This document shows positions 16,184-20,000 of a stretch of 20,000 nt of DNA, piece by piece (positions within the stretch are counted from its first letter, which is position 1; the number at the start of each line of letters is the position of its first letter). The stretch is taken from the NCBI GenBank assembly GCA_046331705.1, contig JAXLQJ010000041.1:48060-68059 (forward strand), read 5' to 3'. This DNA comes from a bacterium. GTDB taxonomy: Bacteria > JADJOY01. The notes under the pieces are model-generated. The model was not told the origin of the DNA. It saw only the letters and a program-made list of their open reading frames with translations, and ran no database searches. The position numbers were made by a program, and so were the translations under genes.

Positions 16184-17079
16184 ATCCGTTTCTCGCGCAT
16201 GCGGAAGAATCGCACCAGCTCGTCCATGTACGGCCGGTCGGTGCGCAGGCGGATGTGGTCGACGCGCGCGCGCCGGAAGACGCGCTCGAGACGTTCGTCG
16301 TCGTCGGTGCGGATGCGGCGGAACTCGCGCTGGAACTCGAGGTCGTCGGTGTCGACGAGGATGACCTCGCCGGTCTCCGCGTCCTCGAGCTCGAGCAGGC
16401 CGATCCGCGGCAGCACTTCCTCGCGCGGGTCCACGATCGAGACCGCGATCAGATCGAAGCCCTGGCGCAACGTCATCAGGCTGCGGTCGAAGCCCTCGTC
16501 CTGGAAGTCGGAGACCACGAACAGGATGGCCTTGTGGGAGCTCACGCGGTGCGCGTACTCGAGCGCCGCCGCGAGGTTCGTGCCGCGCCCGCGAGGCTCG
16601 AAGGTGAGCACCTCGCGGATCAGCCGCCACACGTGGCCGCGGCCCTTGCGCGGCGGGATGAACTCCTCGACGTCGTCCGTGAAGAGCAGCATCCCGACCC
16701 GGTCGTTGTTGCGGATCGCGCTCATCGCCAGCACCGCGGCGACCTCGGCGGCGAGCTCGGCCTTGGTGGCCTTCACCGAGCCGAAGCGGTTCGAGCGCGA
16801 GAGGTCCACCGCGATCAGCACCGTGAGCTCGCGCTCCTCGCGGAAGATCTTGACGAACGGCGCCCCCATGCGGGCGGTGACGTTCCAGTCGATCAGTCGG
16901 ATGTCGTCGCCCGGGACGTACTCGCGCACCTCCTCGAACTCCATCCCGCGGCCCTTGAAGGCGCTCACGTACTCGCCCGCGAAGGCCGAGTCGACCATGT
17001 GCGAGCTCTTGATGTGGATGCGCTGGATCTGACTGATGATCTCGGGCGGCAGCAGACCCTGGGTACCGGTGGCGGGCAT
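16180..17079 (-). CDS. DUF58 domain protein (MoxR-associated, VWA-like)
   Basis: 'GEYVSAFKGRGMEFEEVREYVPGDDIRLIDWNVTAR', 'FREERELTV', 'NNDRVG', 'VSDF'. Confidence 0.95.
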   Translation of the reverse strand: MPATGTQGLLPPEIISQIQRIHIKSSHMVDSAFAGEYVSAFKGRGMEFEEVREYVPGDDIRLIDWNVTARMGAPFVKIFREERELTVLIAVDLSRSNRFGSVKATKAELAAEVAAVLAMSAIRNNDRVGMLLFTDDVEEFIPPRKGRGHVWRLIREVLTFEPRGRGTNLAAALEYAHRVSSHKAILFVVSDFQDEGFDRSLMTLRQGFDLIAVSIVDPREEVLPRIGLLELEDAETGEVILVDTDDLEFQREFRRIRTDDDERLERVFRRARVDHIRLRTDRPYMDELVRFFRMREKRM

Positions 17080-17150
17080 GGTGGCGATGATCCGGTGGCT
17101 CGGTGCGCGCAGTCTGGAAGCGTTCGCTCACGGGAGAGCGCGCGCGGACC

Positions 17151-18134
17151 TCAGGGGACCTCCAGGCTGTCGAAGATCTTGAGCACCACGTCGTCGGTGG
17201 TGAGCCCCTCGGCCTCCGCCTCGTACGACAGGATGATGCGGTGACGAAGCACGTCGAGGCCGATCGACTTGACGTCGAACGGAGTGACGTAGGCGCGGCC
17301 GCGCAACAGCGCGTAGGCGCGCGCCGCCGCCGTGAGCGACAAGCTGGCGCGGGGCGACGCGCCGAACTGGATGAACGGCGCGACGGCGAGGTTGAAGCGT
17401 TTCGGGTCGCGCGTCGCGAACACCACGCGCACGACGTAATCGGCAACCTTGTCGTCCACGTACACCTGATCCACCAGCTTGCGCAGCGCGATCACCTGCT
17501 GCGGCGTGACCACGGCGCTCACGGGATCGGGGACGTGCCCGCTCATGCGCTTGACGATCTCCTTCTCCTCCTCGAGGGTCGGATAGCTGATCTTGACCTT
17601 GAGCATGAAGCGGTCGACCTGCGCTTCGGGCAGCGGGTACGTGCCTTCCTGCTCGATGGGGTTTTGGGTCGCCAGCACCAGGAACGGCGGGTCGAGCTGG
17701 AACGTCGTGTTGGCGATGGTGACCTGCCGCTCCTGCATCGCCTCGAGCAGCGCGCTCTGCACCTTGGCGGGGGCGCGGTTGATCTCGTCCGCCAGGATGA
17801 TGTTGTGGAAGATCGGCCCCTGCTTGATCGTGAACTCGCCGGTCTTCGGCTGGTAGATCTGCGTGCCGACGATGTCCGCCGGCAGCAGGTCGGGCGTGAA
17901 CTGGATGCGCTGAAAGCTCGCCTGCAGCGTCTTGGCGAGCGCCTTCACCGCGGTGGTCTTGGCGAGGCCCGGCAGTCCCTCCATCAGCACGTGGCCGTCG
18001 GCCAGCAGGCCGATGAGCAAGCGCTCGACCATCATTTCCTGACCCACGATCATCTTGCGCACCTCGCTCAGGATGCGTTCGATGATGGGCCGTCGTGCCG
18101 AGATCTCGCTCTGAAGCTCTTCGGGCGTGCTCAT
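17151..18134 (-). CDS. moxR: MoxR-family AAA+ ATPase (MoxR proper)
   Basis: Walker A 'GLPGLAKT', 'RIQFTPDLLPADIVG', Walker B 'ILADEINRAPAKVQSALLEAM', 'ATQNPIEQEGTYPLPEAQVDRF', 'GASPRA'; SD-like GGAAGGA upstream. Confidence 0.97.
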   Translation of the reverse strand: MSTPEELQSEISARRPIIERILSEVRKMIVGQEMMVERLLIGLLADGHVLMEGLPGLAKTTAVKALAKTLQASFQRIQFTPDLLPADIVGTQIYQPKTGEFTIKQGPIFHNIILADEINRAPAKVQSALLEAMQERQVTIANTTFQLDPPFLVLATQNPIEQEGTYPLPEAQVDRFMLKVKISYPTLEEEKEIVKRMSGHVPDPVSAVVTPQQVIALRKLVDQVYVDDKVADYVVRVVFATRDPKRFNLAVAPFIQFGASPRASLSLTAAARAYALLRGRAYVTPFDVKSIGLDVLRHRIILSYEAEAEGLTTDDVVLKIFDSLEVP

Positions 18135-18226
18135 GCGCAGGGTTCCTTCCCGTGGTTCTGCTCGTCGTTCGGTCGTTCGTGGAAGCGCGCGTGCTGGCGA
18201 TGAGGTTCAGTTCGTGCGGTTCGCCT

Positions 18227-18490
18227 TCACGCGGGATGCGCAGCGGGCCCCGCGGGCGGCGGCTCGTGCGACTCGTCGGGCCCCGGGCCGGTGGCGGTCT
18301 CGCGCGCCGCGAGCAGGCGCAAGCGCACGAACGTGCTCACGACCGTGACCACGATCGAGAGCGCGGCCGCACCGAGCAGCATGAGCGTCAGGTCGACGCC
18401 TAGCGAGCTCGAGTTCGGGTTGTAGCCGGGCCGGATGGCGAGGATGCGCCCGCGGCGGGCGAGTCGACCTCGGGGGCGCGCTTCCGTCAT
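18227..18490 (-). CDS. Small single-TM hypothetical protein with GYNPNSSS motif (87 aa)
   Basis: ATG 18490 with AGGA 4 nt upstream: MTEARPRGRLARRGRILAIRPGYNPNSSSLGVDLTLMLLGAAALSIVVTVVSTFVRLRLL...; one clear hydrophobic helix. The track's 19030 start overlaps the + strand gene at 18780. Confidence 0.7.
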   Translation of the reverse strand: MTEARPRGRLARRGRILAIRPGYNPNSSSLGVDLTLMLLGAAALSIVVTVVSTFVRLRLLAARETATGPGPDESHEPPPAGPAAHPA

Positions 18491-18542
18491 CGTGTCCTGG
18501 ATACCGGCTCGGCGCGGGGGGCGGCGCATCCGACGTCGTGCG

Positions 18543-18572
18543 AGCGTACCTCTGCTCCGCCGGAAGGTGCAA
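18543..18572 (-). promoter_or_regulatory. Candidate sigma-70 promoter for the small gene/MoxR-Bat operon
   Basis: Minus strand TTGCAC(18572-18567)-18 nt-TACGCT(18548-18543), about 50 nt upstream of ATG 18490. Confidence 0.35.
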
Positions 18573-18779
18573 TCGTTTCCAGGACCTGCGCAGTGGGACG
18601 GCCACGAGACCGCGACCACGAGGTCGAGCTCCGCGCGCGTCGAGGGAAGCGTCCCCGAGGCCAACCTCGCGTTGCGACGGGCGCGGTCGGTGCTCGAGAC
18701 CACTGCCACACCCGCACGCCCCGCCCTCGCGTGGTCGCCGCATCGGGCTAAGATGGGAACTTCGAGTACGGGAGGACGG

Positions 18780-20000
18780 ATGCAGGGCGGGAACGCGCTA
18801 CTCGCTTCACTCGCCATCGCCGTGCTCCTCGCGGCGCCGGCCGCGCAGGCCACCCCGCGTGTGGCGTTCATGACCAGCGAGATCGGCACGGGAAACCTCT
18901 CGACCTGGCCCCATGCCAATGGGCACTCGGGGATCGACGCCGCCGACGCCGTGTGCCAGGCGATGGCACTCGCCGGCGGCTTCTCGGCCGATCGCGCCGC
19001 GCTCTTTCGGGCGTGGGTCTCGACGCCCACCGTCGATGCGTATTGTCACCTCCTCGGGTTCGCCGGCACCAAGGCCTCGGCCTGTGGCGGCCAGGTGGTC
19101 GGCGAGCCGGCACTGGGGCCGTGGGTGCGCCGCGACGGTACGGCGTGGGCCGCCAGGCTCGCGAAGCTCACCGGCAACGACGAGATCTACAACCCGGTGA
19201 AATTCGACCAGACGGGCGCGGTCGTCGATCTCGCGACCTCGCAGTACTGGACCGGAAGCTGGGACACCGGCGAGGTGATCCCGTCTTACAACTGCTCGGG
19301 CTGGACGACGGAGAGTGCCGTCGCCAGCGGAACCTTGGGTCACGGCCAAGCAGCCGGCCCGGCGACAACTCTCCAGGACACCTTGCCGTGCAACGAGTCC
19401 CACCGCCTGCTCTGCATCGAGGCGGCCGCCGGCGATCCGACCTCCTTCCCCCACACTCCGGGGATGCTGGCGTTCACCACCGAGGCGAGGGGCGGCGGAA
19501 AGCTGAGCCAGTGGCCGCTCGCGCACGGGAAGACCGGGCTCGCGGCCGCGGACGAGATCTGCAAGTCGGCCGCGACCACCGCCGGGCTACCCGTTCCGAG
19601 CTCGTTCGTGGCGTGGATCTCGGCTTCGACGAGCAATGCCTCGACCCGCGTCACCGGCGCTGGCCCGTTCCGCCGCTTGGATGGATTCGTGATCGCGAAC
19701 TCTCGGGTGGCGTTCCTGAACGGCGCGATCGTCACGAGTGTCGGGCAGACCGAGCGCGGCGACTACCTCACCTACGCCGCCGGCACGGACGTGTGGACCG
19801 CCACCAGCTCGGATGGGTCGTACCTGAGCCCGTATTCGTGCAACGACTGGACGGCCGCCTCCAACCCTGACCAGGGAATCCGCGGCGAAGCCGACTACGG
19901 CTGGTACAACTGGAGCTCCGTCGCGACCCCGTCGTTCTGTGAGAACGTCTTCCATCTCTACTGCTTTTCGAACGTGGTGACGCTGTTCCTGGATGGCTTC
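18780..20000 (+). CDS. Secreted protein with two tandem endostatin-like/DUF1554-like (C-type lectin fold) domains, 3'-truncated by window edge
   Basis: Not in the ORF track (no stop in the window). SD GGAGGA then ATG 18780; manual translation is open for 407 codons: MQGGNALLASLAIAVLLAAPAAQA-TPRVAFMTS..GIDAADAVCQ..FRAWVS..YWTGS..NCSGWT..PCNESHRLLCIE, then MLAFTT..GLAAADEICK..FVAWIS..VWTAT..SCNDWT..FCENVFHLYCFS, ending VTLFLDGF. A -10-like TAAGAT lies at 18749-18754. Confidence 0.88.
   Translation, partial: MQGGNALLASLAIAVLLAAPAAQATPRVAFMTSEIGTGNLSTWPHANGHSGIDAADAVCQAMALAGGFSADRAALFRAWVSTPTVDAYCHLLGFAGTKASACGGQVVGEPALGPWVRRDGTAWAARLAKLTGNDEIYNPVKFDQTGAVVDLATSQYWTGSWDTGEVIPSYNCSGWTTESAVASGTLGHGQAAGPATTLQDTLPCNESHRLLCIEAAAGDPTSFPHTPGMLAFTTEARGGGKLSQWPLAHGKTGLAAADEICKSAATTAGLPVPSSFVAWISASTSNASTRVTGAGPFRRLDGFVIANSRVAFLNGAIVTSVGQTERGDYLTYAAGTDVWTATSSDGSYLSPYSCNDWTAASNPDQGIRGEADYGWYNWSSVATPSFCENVFHLYCFSNVVTLFLDGF

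Noticed and set aside
14991-17446. Long N-terminal extensions of ORFs 13995-16115 and 14987-17446
   Set aside because: Arg-rich off-frame read-through over neighbouring real genes; coupled starts exist at 14990 and 16183.
18807-19955. Track ORFs 18807-19526(-), 18953-19870(+), 19340-19735(-), 19587-19955(-)
   Set aside because: All overlap the better-supported + strand gene starting at 18780, which has an SD, a signal peptide and duplicated domains.

Overview
High-GC bacterial window (roughly 70% by eye; gene content fits a Myxococcota/deltaproteobacteria-like or Acidobacteriota-like organism, not assignable from sequence alone). Left to right: the 3' end of an NtrY-type sensor kinase; an IPT/TIG + beta-propeller lipoprotein (-); a divergent O-antigen-ligase-family + radical SAM/SPASM gene pair behind a candidate sigma-54 promoter; a complete minus-strand MoxR/Bat operon (moxR, DUF58, lipoprotein, batA, batB, batC-like, batD, batE) preceded by an 87-aa 'GYNPNSSS' membrane protein; and a secreted protein with two endostatin-like (DUF1554-like) domains that runs off the window end and is missing from the ORF track. 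The standout is the BatC-position gene. It keeps BatC-like ends (signal peptide + TPRs; C-terminal 'AQRILDSL...DW') but is expanded to 1749 aa by a charged helical insert containing about 3.5 tandem 95-aa (285-nt) repeats. No RNA genes, CRISPR arrays or mobile elements were seen. All family calls come from motif recognition, not database searches.
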